A DNA stretch of 38,757 nt from Cryomorphaceae bacterium (GCA_027485365.1 JAIXRD010000258.1:1-38757), one strand, 5' to 3'; shown: positions 18,698-27,339, numbered from the stretch's first letter. The notes: generated from the sequence alone by a model not told the origin. Made by a program: numbers and translations.

Positions 18698-19084
18698 ATG
18701 TCAAACCTAAAAACAAGATATTCTGATGCAGAGCTCGACGAGTTTAAAGCATTAATCAATAAGAAATTAGAGGAAGCTCAAGTCGATTTTAATTTACTGA
18801 AAGGCTCACTTTCTCACAACGATGACCATGGTACGGATGATACGGGTAGAACCTTTAACATGATGGAAGATGGTTCGGAGACTTTGTCAAGGGAAGAAGT
18901 TGCTCAATTGGCTGCTCGTCAAGAGAAATTCATTCAGAGTTTACAGGCTGCTTTGGTCCGAATTCAAAATAAAACCTACGGCATTTGCCGAGTTTCTGGG
19001 CAGTTAATTCCGAAGGAGCGTTTACGCCTTGTTCCGCATGCTACCATGAGTATAGATGCTAAAAACGCACAAAAGAATTCGTGA
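18698..19084 (+). CDS. TraR/DksA family regulator (zinc-finger cysteines mostly absent)
   Basis: MSNLKTRYSDAELDEF... shows a DksA-like coiled coil followed by YGICRVSGQLIPKERLRLVPHATMS. Only one Cys sits where CxxC-n17-CxxC is expected. Confidence 0.82.
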   Translation: MSNLKTRYSDAELDEFKALINKKLEEAQVDFNLLKGSLSHNDDHGTDDTGRTFNMMEDGSETLSREEVAQLAARQEKFIQSLQAALVRIQNKTYGICRVSGQLIPKERLRLVPHATMSIDAKNAQKNS

Positions 19085-19749
19085 GTAGAAAATATTGGGC
19101 GGTTGTAGGAATTTTGGTGATCTTATTAGCAATAGATCAGTGGGTAAAGATTTACATTAAATCAAATTTTTCCCCGAACGAAACACACTATGTTTTTGGG
19201 AATTGGTTTGCCTTACATTACATCGAAAATCAAGGAATGGCCTTCGGTACAACACTTGGCGGTTCGATCTATGGTAAATTAGCCTTGAGTGTTTTTAGAA
19301 TCGTTGCGATTGCCGGAATTGCCTATTACATTTGGAGGGAAGTTAAGAAACACATCGCTTGGCCTCAGTTGATTGCCTTAACGATGATCTTAGCGGGTGC
19401 AACTGGCAATTTAATTGATTCGATGTGCTATGATTTTATTTTCCCCTTCAATCCGTGCGATAGTTTTAATCAATTAGAAGGCTCCGGAATTAAAATGGAT
19501 TGTGATCAATACGGGATTTCATTTCCCGTAGAGGTTAGAAACAGAGGGTTTTTATTTGGAAATGTAGTGGATATGTTTCAGTTTGATGCCTATTGGCCCA
19601 CATGGATGCCATGGTTGGGGGATAAACCGGTTTTTCCTGCCATTTGGAATGTAGCGGATTCTTGTATTTCAATTGGAGTTGGTTTAATGATTCTATTCAA
19701 TCGAAAAAGCTTATTTTCTTTCAAGAAATCCTCCCAATCGGAAGCCTAG
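19081..19749 (+). CDS. lspA: lipoprotein signal peptidase (signal peptidase II)
   Basis: 222 aa. LAIDQWVK, NQGMAFG, GNLIDS and FPAIWNVADSCISIGV motifs are present. The GTG start overlaps the upstream TGA stop (GTGA). Confidence 0.9.
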   Translation: MSRKYWAVVGILVILLAIDQWVKIYIKSNFSPNETHYVFGNWFALHYIENQGMAFGTTLGGSIYGKLALSVFRIVAIAGIAYYIWREVKKHIAWPQLIALTMILAGATGNLIDSMCYDFIFPFNPCDSFNQLEGSGIKMDCDQYGISFPVEVRNRGFLFGNVVDMFQFDAYWPTWMPWLGDKPVFPAIWNVADSCISIGVGLMILFNRKSLFSFKKSSQSEA

Positions 19750-22199
19750 AAATTCCACTTCATATTTCGATCATCTAACAAGGCAAAGGACACCTTATAG
19801 TTGAAATTAAGCATTGTTTTGTTGCCGTCCGACGCGCAACCGTAGATTCCAATTCGTAACCTTCTTCGAGATAGTTTAAAGCTTCGTTCGAGTCCTGCGA
19901 GTAATTCGTAATGTTGATACTTATGTTCCTGAACATACATGGCCCCACCCCCAATTACTAAACCAATGCGCGTTTTCTTCATGAACGGGATTTTATTTAA
20001 TAGGGCCCCATTGTCGTGATGAACAAAATGTGCCTCATGTACCCAGCTTTTTGTAGGAAGCGTTGTATCTAAGCCTTGAAATGAATACAAGGGATTGGAA
20101 AACCATATCGGATCGGATCTGCGCTGATACCTCAAATCCGGCTCTCGAACATCCTTCATGCTAAGAAATGTTCCCGTATTCAGACGATAGCTGGTATTGC
20201 CCAATAATCCTAATTTGAAATTCTGCTCAATGGCAAAACTTATATAATCATAATTAATATCGCTCCCAAAAAGTCCCGATACTCCTTTTTTGTAATAAAT
20301 ACTAAAGGTGGGCCATGCCGAACCAAGAACGACTTTTCTGTACGGTTCACGCATATAACGTTGCCCAGGAACATACGATAAATCCAAAGAAACGATAGAG
20401 GCTTGATACGGGTCAAAGGCCATCGCACTGTCGTTTGGAATAAAATCGTCCGCAATTTCCAAGAATTTGAAATCTTTTAAACTTCGGCGTTCAGCTAGAT
20501 TAATGTTTGCGCCCGCGTAGAGGCCATTCACCAATTCATAGTTAAGTCCAATATTTAATTGTGTTGCCTCAATAAAATTATTCCTGCGATAAATTTGAGT
20601 AATCGCATCAAACCCTCGGATTACATCGAATTCATGACTGAGTGAAGCGGAAATATCGCCTTGATGAAAGGGGTCGAAGCGGTAGCGATTCCATATTACA
20701 CCCTTGGGGTCACGGTTCAGAAAACCATAGGAGATTCGGGTGAAAAAATCATAGGTGCGTTGGTTTTCCCATTTTTTAAAGTATCCAAAATTTGGAGCAA
20801 CACGGGGCCCACCAATTCCGATGGGTTGTACCATGGTTGCTAAAGAACCGAACGATAATTGCTGCCGCTTTACCCGATTTCGGTGATCTACGCCAAACCA
20901 TAAAATTTTTAATGCTGTGATTTTATTAAATACGGCATCCACTGAATCTAAGTATTCCTTTTTGCTGTGCGCTTCTTCAATGCTATCCTTTACATAAATA
21001 AAACGTTTTTCTTCATCACTTAATCCGATGGCTCGAGTTTGCCCCCAAAATGTACTGTCTTTTTCATACGCCGTTTGTTCGGTAATTGCGACTTCGGTAT
21101 TGAAAAACTTTGGTGAAAAATTCGGGTTAAAATTGTACTTAGAGTATAAAGCGACGGTGCTTGCATTGGATGTTTCAGATTTATATTTCACCCCGTAGGT
21201 AAGGATTTGTTTCGTTAGAACACATAGGCTATCGCCTGGATGATCAAATTCTTGATCGACCTGAAACCGATCGTAAATTAAAAGATTTCCCTTATTCATG
21301 GTGAGGGACAATTTTTGTACGAGCCATACGCTGTCAATTACCCAAATGTAACCTTCAAGGGTTGTGGTTGCTGTATTTCTTGGAATAATTTTAATTCGAG
21401 AAATCATTCGCCCATTTTCTTCATATTTTTCTTCCAATCGATACTTGTAGGAAAGAATCCCCGGTATTGAAATCGGAGAACTGATCGGCGTTTGATGAAG
21501 GTCATCTAAATGAAGTAAATTTTCAAAAAAGTTGAAATTACTTTTCACCGTGGTAGTATAGTACAAGTTTTGGGCGTTGCCATATAAATCATAGGCATTT
21601 CGGATTTCTTTGACCTTGTTTGGTGGGGCATAAGAACGATTCATTTGAACTTCAACTAAGTTCATTCGGTTGCTTATCGTGTCTTTTGGCGCCTCAAATG
21701 TTGGCTCTTCATTTTCCTCTTTTTCTTTTTCTTTCTGTTTTGGAAAATCCAGTTTTTCACTTGCCTTGATATAAACATCCACCGTATGTGGATAGTTCCA
21801 TGGATTGATTGAATCCCTTTTATTAACCACTTTCAACATGATCTCTCTTCCCGGATTTGACTTTTTTGTGGAAACAACTACATCTTCTACTTCCTTAACA
21901 TTTGGGGGGAAGAGTTTATAGGTTTTTATTACATCCACATCCCGCATTCCTAGATAGTATTCCCTGTCTTCATAACCAGTCGCTGTAATTACTAGGTAAT
22001 ATTCTCCGGGCATTAAGCCCATTTCAAAGTACCCAGCCACATCACATACCGTACGCAATGAAGGGTCATTTTTTACATAAAGTTTAGCGTAGGGTATGGG
22101 TTGCTGCTTTTCATCAACAACCGTTCCTTTCAAAAATTGCTGACTTAGGCCCGAAAACCCAAAAAATAAAACAAGATGGAGGAAAGGAATACGCACCAT
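19746..22199 (-). CDS. DUF5686 / carboxypeptidase-regulatory-like domain protein (large outer-membrane-associated)
   Basis: About 817 aa. A signal peptide is followed by a CarboxypepD_reg-like start (LKGTVVDEKQQPIPYAKLYV...GEYYLVITATGYE) and a long beta-rich region ending in a C-terminal aromatic residue (NMKWNF). The ORF-track first codon at 22211 is TTG, so the ATG at 22199 is preferred. Confidence 0.75.
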   Translation of the reverse strand: MVRIPFLHLVLFFGFSGLSQQFLKGTVVDEKQQPIPYAKLYVKNDPSLRTVCDVAGYFEMGLMPGEYYLVITATGYEDREYYLGMRDVDVIKTYKLFPPNVKEVEDVVVSTKKSNPGREIMLKVVNKRDSINPWNYPHTVDVYIKASEKLDFPKQKEKEKEENEEPTFEAPKDTISNRMNLVEVQMNRSYAPPNKVKEIRNAYDLYGNAQNLYYTTTVKSNFNFFENLLHLDDLHQTPISSPISIPGILSYKYRLEEKYEENGRMISRIKIIPRNTATTTLEGYIWVIDSVWLVQKLSLTMNKGNLLIYDRFQVDQEFDHPGDSLCVLTKQILTYGVKYKSETSNASTVALYSKYNFNPNFSPKFFNTEVAITEQTAYEKDSTFWGQTRAIGLSDEEKRFIYVKDSIEEAHSKKEYLDSVDAVFNKITALKILWFGVDHRNRVKRQQLSFGSLATMVQPIGIGGPRVAPNFGYFKKWENQRTYDFFTRISYGFLNRDPKGVIWNRYRFDPFHQGDISASLSHEFDVIRGFDAITQIYRRNNFIEATQLNIGLNYELVNGLYAGANINLAERRSLKDFKFLEIADDFIPNDSAMAFDPYQASIVSLDLSYVPGQRYMREPYRKVVLGSAWPTFSIYYKKGVSGLFGSDINYDYISFAIEQNFKLGLLGNTSYRLNTGTFLSMKDVREPDLRYQRRSDPIWFSNPLYSFQGLDTTLPTKSWVHEAHFVHHDNGALLNKIPFMKKTRIGLVIGGGAMYVQEHKYQHYELLAGLERSFKLSRRRLRIGIYGCASDGNKTMLNFNYKVSFALLDDRNMKWNF

Positions 22200-22227
22200 G
22201 TATATAGACAATCAACTAAGTGATTTG

Positions 22228-22458
22228 TTACAAATTATCTTGTTTCTTTTGTTGCTCATTTAAAAACGCTTCATGCTTCGCCATACGAGCCATCATCCAT
22301 TTCTTCATGAAATACATACCAGCAGCAACCAGGGTAAAAACATAATACCCACCCCACCGATCAAACCCTTGTGTGAATCCATTGTAAGTCACTACAATAA
22401 AGCTAATGACTGCTACTGCAATCCAAAAATAGCCCATAATCAAATTATACGTTTTCAT
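22228..22458 (-). CDS. small two-helix membrane protein (hypothetical)
   Basis: MKTYNLIMGYFWIAVAVISFIVV...VFTLVAAGMYFM shows two TM segments. The ORF-track start at 22491 is TTG and would overlap lptC, so the ATG at 22458 is preferred. Confidence 0.5.
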   Translation of the reverse strand: MKTYNLIMGYFWIAVAVISFIVVTYNGFTQGFDRWGGYYVFTLVAAGMYFMKKWMMARMAKHEAFLNEQQKKQDNL

Positions 22459-22468
22459 GTATTTGGTA

Positions 22469-23017
22469 TTAAAGTTCTTCTTCTTTTTCAATCACCACAT
22501 TCCCTTGTGGTTTTAGTATTTCGTACCGACTAAAATCTTGTTTCGTTTTTAATCCTTCACCCATAAACCTACCTTTTGGTGAGAAAATATATACCCGCTT
22601 TGGCGTGAATATCATGCTGTCTTTTTGCTGCCAATAGAGCACCTCGGTTTTTAAGGTTTGTTTCTTTTTATAATTGTAAAGACGAACAGAATCCTTTACC
22701 ATCAGTTGATTCTTAGAGTGGTTAATCTTCCCGTATTTTGCCGTTAGCGTAGAAATTATCTCTCCATTTTTTCCATAAAAATTAACGCGAAGGCTATCTC
22801 TAAGGTGCGTAATATGTTCAGGCGAACGATAGGTTTCTGCAAAACCTGCACGAAGCGCTACTCGAGCAAACCCGGAGTCGCTATATACCATGCTAAAGTC
22901 TACAATTACTTCATCGGGGGATTTTGGATTAAAACTAACCCGTTGTACGTCATCCATATTGTTTTCACAAGATAACAAAAATAGGAGGGTGTTTAAAAGT
23001 AAAAATATGCGGAACAT
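22469..23017 (-). CDS. lptC: LPS export periplasmic protein LptC (lipoprotein form)
   Basis: 182 aa with a lipoprotein signal LLFLLSC. Size and beta-jellyroll-like sequence fit LptC. It sits downstream of coaX and a beta-barrel gene, as I recall is common in Flavobacteriia. Confidence 0.6.
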   Translation of the reverse strand: MFRIFLLLNTLLFLLSCENNMDDVQRVSFNPKSPDEVIVDFSMVYSDSGFARVALRAGFAETYRSPEHITHLRDSLRVNFYGKNGEIISTLTAKYGKINHSKNQLMVKDSVRLYNYKKKQTLKTEVLYWQQKDSMIFTPKRVYIFSPKGRFMGEGLKTKQDFSRYEILKPQGNVVIEKEEEL

Positions 23018-24385
23018 TTAGTCCATTTTACGTTTTCTGAACCAACGTTCAAAGCTTGCCGGCGATAGCGTGGCATTCAACTGAAAGGCAACGAAGTTCT
23101 CTTGTAAACTGTTCGTGGTGAATGTACCGCGTTGACCCAATGTACACGAAAAGTTGATGGATGAGAATGATTGCTGCGCTAAGATTGGAATCCCTAAACC
23201 AACCGTAATTCCTTGTTCCTTAAATGCATTGTAGCTTGCATCTCGATAAGGTAAATTGCCGTAATAGGCCCCCAAACGATACGTGAATTTGTTAAAAAAG
23301 CCCAGCGTTGCGATATTCTCATATAAAAATCGTTCGGGTCTAAATTCTATACCCACAGCATAGCGTTGAGCGGGTATGGATTGCGAAGCCATTGAATCAT
23401 AGCTCGTGCCATCGAATGCATAGGTATACGCCTCATTACGCTGATATTGCAAGGCAAGCGTAATTTCTGGGTGTAGCGTTTTAGTTTTTACTTTTCGGGG
23501 GTTAAGTCCAATGCGGTATGCCGCACCAAGCGCAATGGATTGTCCCTGGCGTACAGATCCCGAATATGAATTGGAAAATAAGGTGTCGTATCCGCTGGGT
23601 GCATTTAAGTTAGACGCACTGTAGAAGGAACGTTCTAATTCACTCTTTAAGGCGAGGCTGGGTTTGTACGTGATACCCATTCTAACATCACCTTTTGAAC
23701 CAATGCGTTGATAAAAAGCAGCTCCTAAATCAACACTTAGTGCATTTACTGTTATTAATTCTTCGAAGATTCCGCCGGACGCGTTGGTACCTTGGATTAA
23801 TTGACTGATTCGTTGGTTTTTAACCGTGCCAAAATTATACCCCATTTGGGTTCCAAAGGCAAGATAGGTTCCTTTTCTTACGATGGGGGCATATGTGCCA
23901 CCGATAAAAACTTGATTGATGTAGCCGCCTCCTTGGTATGTATTTCGGATAGAATCCAATCCTGTAAAAACTTTTTCACTTAAATAGTATCCTTTTGCAG
24001 AAAGCGGTTTTAGACCAAAGGCCATTCCAAAATGCTTTTTAAGTCTAAAGCCGAGGGCAATATGGGTTAGATTACCGTTGGGCCTAATGTCTTTATCACC
24101 GGATTGATCATAAAAGGAAATGCGCTGACTAACACCAATAGAATACAAGGTATTTCCTTTGCTCAAGGACGCATAGGACGCAGGGTTTAAGTAATTTAAC
24201 TGACCGGAGTCTAAGAACGGGGTGAAAATATTACCCATTCCTGAATAAATTCCATGATCGTTTAATTGATGATCCCCGATACCGTAGGAGGTGAGTGGGT
24301 GAGAAGTTAATTGTTGACCAAAAGAAAATGTAGCGTTTAAACTAATGCAAAGTATCAGAAGAATGTTGATGTAGATATAACGCAT
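23018..24385 (-). CDS. outer-membrane beta-barrel protein (hypothetical)
   Basis: 455 aa with a signal peptide ending SFGQQ and many Gly/Tyr-rich amphipathic strands. The start overlaps the coaX 3' end by 44 nt. Confidence 0.65.
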   Translation of the reverse strand: MRYIYINILLILCISLNATFSFGQQLTSHPLTSYGIGDHQLNDHGIYSGMGNIFTPFLDSGQLNYLNPASYASLSKGNTLYSIGVSQRISFYDQSGDKDIRPNGNLTHIALGFRLKKHFGMAFGLKPLSAKGYYLSEKVFTGLDSIRNTYQGGGYINQVFIGGTYAPIVRKGTYLAFGTQMGYNFGTVKNQRISQLIQGTNASGGIFEELITVNALSVDLGAAFYQRIGSKGDVRMGITYKPSLALKSELERSFYSASNLNAPSGYDTLFSNSYSGSVRQGQSIALGAAYRIGLNPRKVKTKTLHPEITLALQYQRNEAYTYAFDGTSYDSMASQSIPAQRYAVGIEFRPERFLYENIATLGFFNKFTYRLGAYYGNLPYRDASYNAFKEQGITVGLGIPILAQQSFSSINFSCTLGQRGTFTTNSLQENFVAFQLNATLSPASFERWFRKRKMD

Positions 24386-25076
24386 AAATCCCTTTTAGGG
24401 TTAGATTTTCGTCCACAAAGATGTCATTTTTTTGTCCCAAATCAAAATAATGTGCGTCGCCACCGGTGAGATAAATGATTAAATCCTCATAACGATTGTT
24501 AAATTCTTCAATTCGCCAGTTAATTTCCGCTTTTACACTTCCCATCACACCACTGTGTATGCTTCCTTCAGTATTCGTTCCGATGACATTCCAAGCATTA
24601 GTTGGATTTAATAAAGGGAGTTGTGAGGTATGTTCATGTAAACTATGGTATCGTAAGGAAATGCCCGGCGATATGGATCCGCCATGATAGGTCCCCAAGG
24701 CGTCGATGAAATCGAATTTAATGCAAGTTCCGGCATCAATTACCAAGATGTTTCGGGAGGGGTGATGCTGATGCACAGCGGCTATGTTGCACAAGCGATC
24801 AATTCCCAGGGTGTTTGGAGTTTTGTAGGCATTGGAGAAGGGAAGGGCATTCATGTTAGATACCGTATAAACTTGGCATCCAAGGGCAATTAAGTCCTGT
24901 TGAAGTTGAAGTTCACCTACATTCGCTATAACCACTATATCCTCAGAGCTAAGGTGTTTTCCTAGGGAAGCACGTTCATGAAATCGATTGGTTTGCACCA
25001 GCTGATTGCCTATGAAAGCACCCAGTTTAATGTGTGTGTTGCCACCATCTAGAACAAAAACCTTGGTTGATTGCAT
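24342..25076 (-). CDS. coaX: type III pantothenate kinase
   Basis: 244 aa. VLDGGNTHIKLG, VIDAGTCIKFD and GGSISPG motifs are present. Confidence 0.92.
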   Translation of the reverse strand: MQSTKVFVLDGGNTHIKLGAFIGNQLVQTNRFHERASLGKHLSSEDIVVIANVGELQLQQDLIALGCQVYTVSNMNALPFSNAYKTPNTLGIDRLCNIAAVHQHHPSRNILVIDAGTCIKFDFIDALGTYHGGSISPGISLRYHSLHEHTSQLPLLNPTNAWNVIGTNTEGSIHSGVMGSVKAEINWRIEEFNNRYEDLIIYLTGGDAHYFDLGQKNDIFVDENLTLKGIYALYLHQHSSDTLH

Positions 25077-25112
25077 GAATCAAAGGTAGGAAATCACATT
25101 GATAACAGACCT

Positions 25113-25946
25113 TCAGTTTTTGGCGTACAGGCTCTTTTTTTTCAAGGTCTGTGCTAGGGTCAGTTGGGGGTTGCCAAGGTAGGCTATGCTGTAGGCAAAT
25201 TTCCGGTTGATTTTTTTAGTGGTCGTTTTTCCGTTGGTGGTTGTGGACAAGGTATGAACTGAATTATCTGGACTGGAGGAAATGGCAATATTAAAGGAGT
25301 TGGGGATTCGCTCATCTTCCACTGATTCATTAGTTCGGACCGTGCACCATTCGTAGATTGAGTTCATGTAGCATGCTTCCAAGGTAATTTGATCGGTCCA
25401 TTGCTCTAGGAATTCATAAGCGCCATCTTCATAGTTGTTGGCATAATACCCTTGTGCACCAGCAAGAAGAAAAGGAAGTGCGGAACCGAGTACTCGAGTT
25501 TTTGCTTCTTCTACACCAATATCCTGCTCATCTCCCGCGGAAGATCCCGCTCCACCGCAGGCAGAGACAAAAATTACGAGGGGGCTTAGATTGAAGGTTA
25601 AATCGGTTGAAATTTCCTTCCCACTAACAAATTGATCCACTACGATTCCACCGAAACCACCATCGATTCCTAAGTGTGTGCCGTGCCCTCGGTAGATAAA
25701 GAGGGAAGCATTGAGCGCTGCTTTTTTAATGGCCTCCCATTCGTTGTTTGGGTCGTAGAATCGATGTACTTTGTAGTTTTTGCTTTCAAGAAGTGTTGCT
25801 ATATTCTCCATTTGTTGCAAACTACTTTCTGCGTAAATGGAGTGTGAACCGATAATGCATACCGCTTCTTTGGGTGTTGTAGTAGTTTTTTGGCTTTTAA
25901 TGGGTAATACCCAAAGGATTAGGATAAGCAAGACAACTCGTTTCAT
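25113..25946 (-). CDS. secreted protein with clan-CD (caspase/gingipain-like) His-Cys signature (hypothetical)
   Basis: 277 aa with a signal peptide MKRVVLLILILWVLPIKSQ. A hydrophobic strand plus HG (SLFIYRGHG; His88 codon at 25683..25685) and a hydrophobic strand plus AC (LVIFVSACGG; Cys130 codon at 25557..25559) lie 42 residues apart. Thr-rich linkers are also present. Confidence 0.6.
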   Translation of the reverse strand: MKRVVLLILILWVLPIKSQKTTTTPKEAVCIIGSHSIYAESSLQQMENIATLLESKNYKVHRFYDPNNEWEAIKKAALNASLFIYRGHGTHLGIDGGFGGIVVDQFVSGKEISTDLTFNLSPLVIFVSACGGAGSSAGDEQDIGVEEAKTRVLGSALPFLLAGAQGYYANNYEDGAYEFLEQWTDQITLEACYMNSIYEWCTVRTNESVEDERIPNSFNIAISSSPDNSVHTLSTTTNGKTTTKKINRKFAYSIAYLGNPQLTLAQTLKKKSLYAKN

Positions 25947-26063
25947 AAAGGTTACTTTTTAGGGGTGAGGTATCAGTGCTTCATAAGAGTAATTAAAAAG
26001 TGAATGATTAATTCGTTAATACCATAAAGGTATTTTCGTTACGAATAGAAATGATTGAAAACT

Positions 26064-26089
26064 AAAAAACCCTGACGCTGCGGTCAAGG
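26064..26089 (-). terminator. intrinsic terminator downstream of tRNA-Phe
   Basis: The minus strand reads CCTTGAC-CGCAGC-GTCAGGG (7 bp including one G.U) followed by TTTTTT. Confidence 0.65.
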
Positions 26090-26098
26090 TTTTAAGTG

Positions 26099-26171
26099 TG
26101 GTACCTCCAGGAATCGAACCAGGGACACAAGGATTTTCAGTCCTTTGCTCTACCAACTGAGCTAAGGTACC
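26099..26171 (-). tRNA. tRNA-Phe (anticodon GAA)
   Basis: Hand-folded 73-nt cloverleaf: acceptor GGTACCT/AGGTACC; D arm GCTC-AGTTGGTA-GAGC; anticodon arm AAGGA-CTGAAAA-TCCTT; variable GTGTC; T arm CCTGG-TTCGATT-CCTGG with a U51.U63 mismatch; discriminator A. No CCA is encoded. Confidence 0.9.
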
Positions 26172-26188
26172 AGCCCATAATTGGATTG

Positions 26189-26218
26189 CAAAGGTACACT
26201 ATTTTTCATTTTTTCAAA
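26189..26218 (-). promoter_or_regulatory. candidate promoter of tRNA-Phe (-33 TTTG and -7 TACCTTTG)
   Basis: On the minus strand, TTTG (26218..26215) is separated by 18 nt from TACCTTTG (26196..26189). The -7 box ends 17 nt before the mature tRNA 5' end. Confidence 0.45.
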
Positions 26219-26536
26219 ATTTTGTTAGGATTTAAATGCATGTGCGTACCTGTTAAAAAGTTTAAAATTTTTGAAAATCATTTTTTTCTTCCTTAAAAAA
26301 ATAACATATTTGAATATGTCATAACCCACAGCGGTTTTTCCAAAATAATTTTTAAGCATTTAATAGTAGGTTTTTAGCCTACCGGGCAAGCTATGTTTTC
26401 TTTGTTCCGGAGTTAAAAAAAGTTCTTTGACATCTTGGTTGGTCGTCAAGAGTTACTCTGCGCAGTGACTTTCCAACACGTTTTGGCCTTTTAATGAGGC
26501 TCTTATTTACTTATTAATCTTAATTTTTTTTTACTT

Positions 26537-26902
26537 ATGACACATTTAAAGCCTGTTTTTGGATCTGAAAAAAACGTAAAATTGATCCGTCGCCGCGTAG
26601 AAATTGGGGAAAATCCAAATTCAGTTTCCGGAAAGAAGTTTGAACTTCAATTAGACTATGACGCAATGTTTGAAGCGTTCAAAAAAATGACAGAACAAAT
26701 CCCAGCAGCTCCTGGAATTTTGATGGTCTCAGGAATTACCCCTCAAGGTAAACTAGAGTTTGTTAAATTAATAAAAGGCGATTTTAGTTTGCAGACTTCG
26801 TTTAGAAATGGTTCGTTAAAACTACGCCTCAATGAGTTTTTGACAATAATGGAGCAAAAAAAATATCGACAATTACAGGTTCAACTTGCCATCGCAAGTT
26901 GA
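26537..26902 (+). CDS. hypothetical 121-aa protein, no signal peptide
   Basis: ATG start preceded by an A/T-rich tract, with ordinary amino-acid composition. The ORF ends inside a very strong terminator hairpin. No family recognised. Confidence 0.55.
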   Translation: MTHLKPVFGSEKNVKLIRRRVEIGENPNSVSGKKFELQLDYDAMFEAFKKMTEQIPAAPGILMVSGITPQGKLEFVKLIKGDFSLQTSFRNGSLKLRLNEFLTIMEQKKYRQLQVQLAIAS

Positions 26903-26913
26903 ACCTTTTTTTT
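26878..26913 (+). terminator. strong intrinsic terminator overlapping the ORF stop codon
   Basis: GGTTCAACTTGC-CATC-GCAAGTTGAACC is a perfect 12-bp stem followed by T8. The TGA stop (26900..26902) lies in the descending arm. Confidence 0.85.
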
Positions 26914-26916
26914 GCC

Positions 26917-27339
26917 TTAGTTTTTCACCACAGTGCCTAAGCGTAATTTCACGTTAGCCGCCTTTGCGATTTCAAATAAATCCACCAATTTTTGGGCTTG
27001 TGCGTTCTTATCAAAGCGTACTACGACAATGTCATCATTCAGTGCTTTTGTCCGTGATACCAATTGCGACATCAAGGCTTCGTCGTTGTCAATGATTTGA
27101 TTTTCAAGATCTTTGTCAAAACAATAAATGTACTTATCATCCACATATTGTACGGAAAGCGTTAAGTGAGATTTATTGGTTTTAAGCGTCGTATTCGATT
27201 CGGGTAAAGGAACCTTAATAACGTTAGGATTAGCAAGGGTTGAAATAATCAAAAAGAACAAGAGCAAAAAGAACATGATATCACTCAAGGCTCCAGTGGC
27301 TACCTCAATGTGCCGGCGTCTATTTCTGTTTAATGCCAT
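26917..27339 (-). CDS. exbD: ExbD/TolR family biopolymer transport protein
   Basis: 140 aa. An N-terminal basic stretch is followed by a single TM helix (DIMFFLLLFFLIIS) and a periplasmic domain. It lies immediately downstream of the ExbB-like gene. Confidence 0.85.
   Translation of the reverse strand: MALNRNRRRHIEVATGALSDIMFFLLLFFLIISTLANPNVIKVPLPESNTTLKTNKSHLTLSVQYVDDKYIYCFDKDLENQIIDNDEALMSQLVSRTKALNDDIVVVRFDKNAQAQKLVDLFEIAKAANVKLRLGTVVKN

Noticed and set aside
25113-26171. tRNA-Phe as the integration site of a genomic island
   Set aside because: There is no integrase, excisionase or phage/ICE gene, and I found no duplicated copy of the tRNA 3' end downstream. Only a single orphan gene is adjacent.
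26096-26296. 66-aa plus-strand ORF
   Set aside because: It overlaps the tRNA-Phe gene and its promoter region. It is a by-product of the tRNA sequence.
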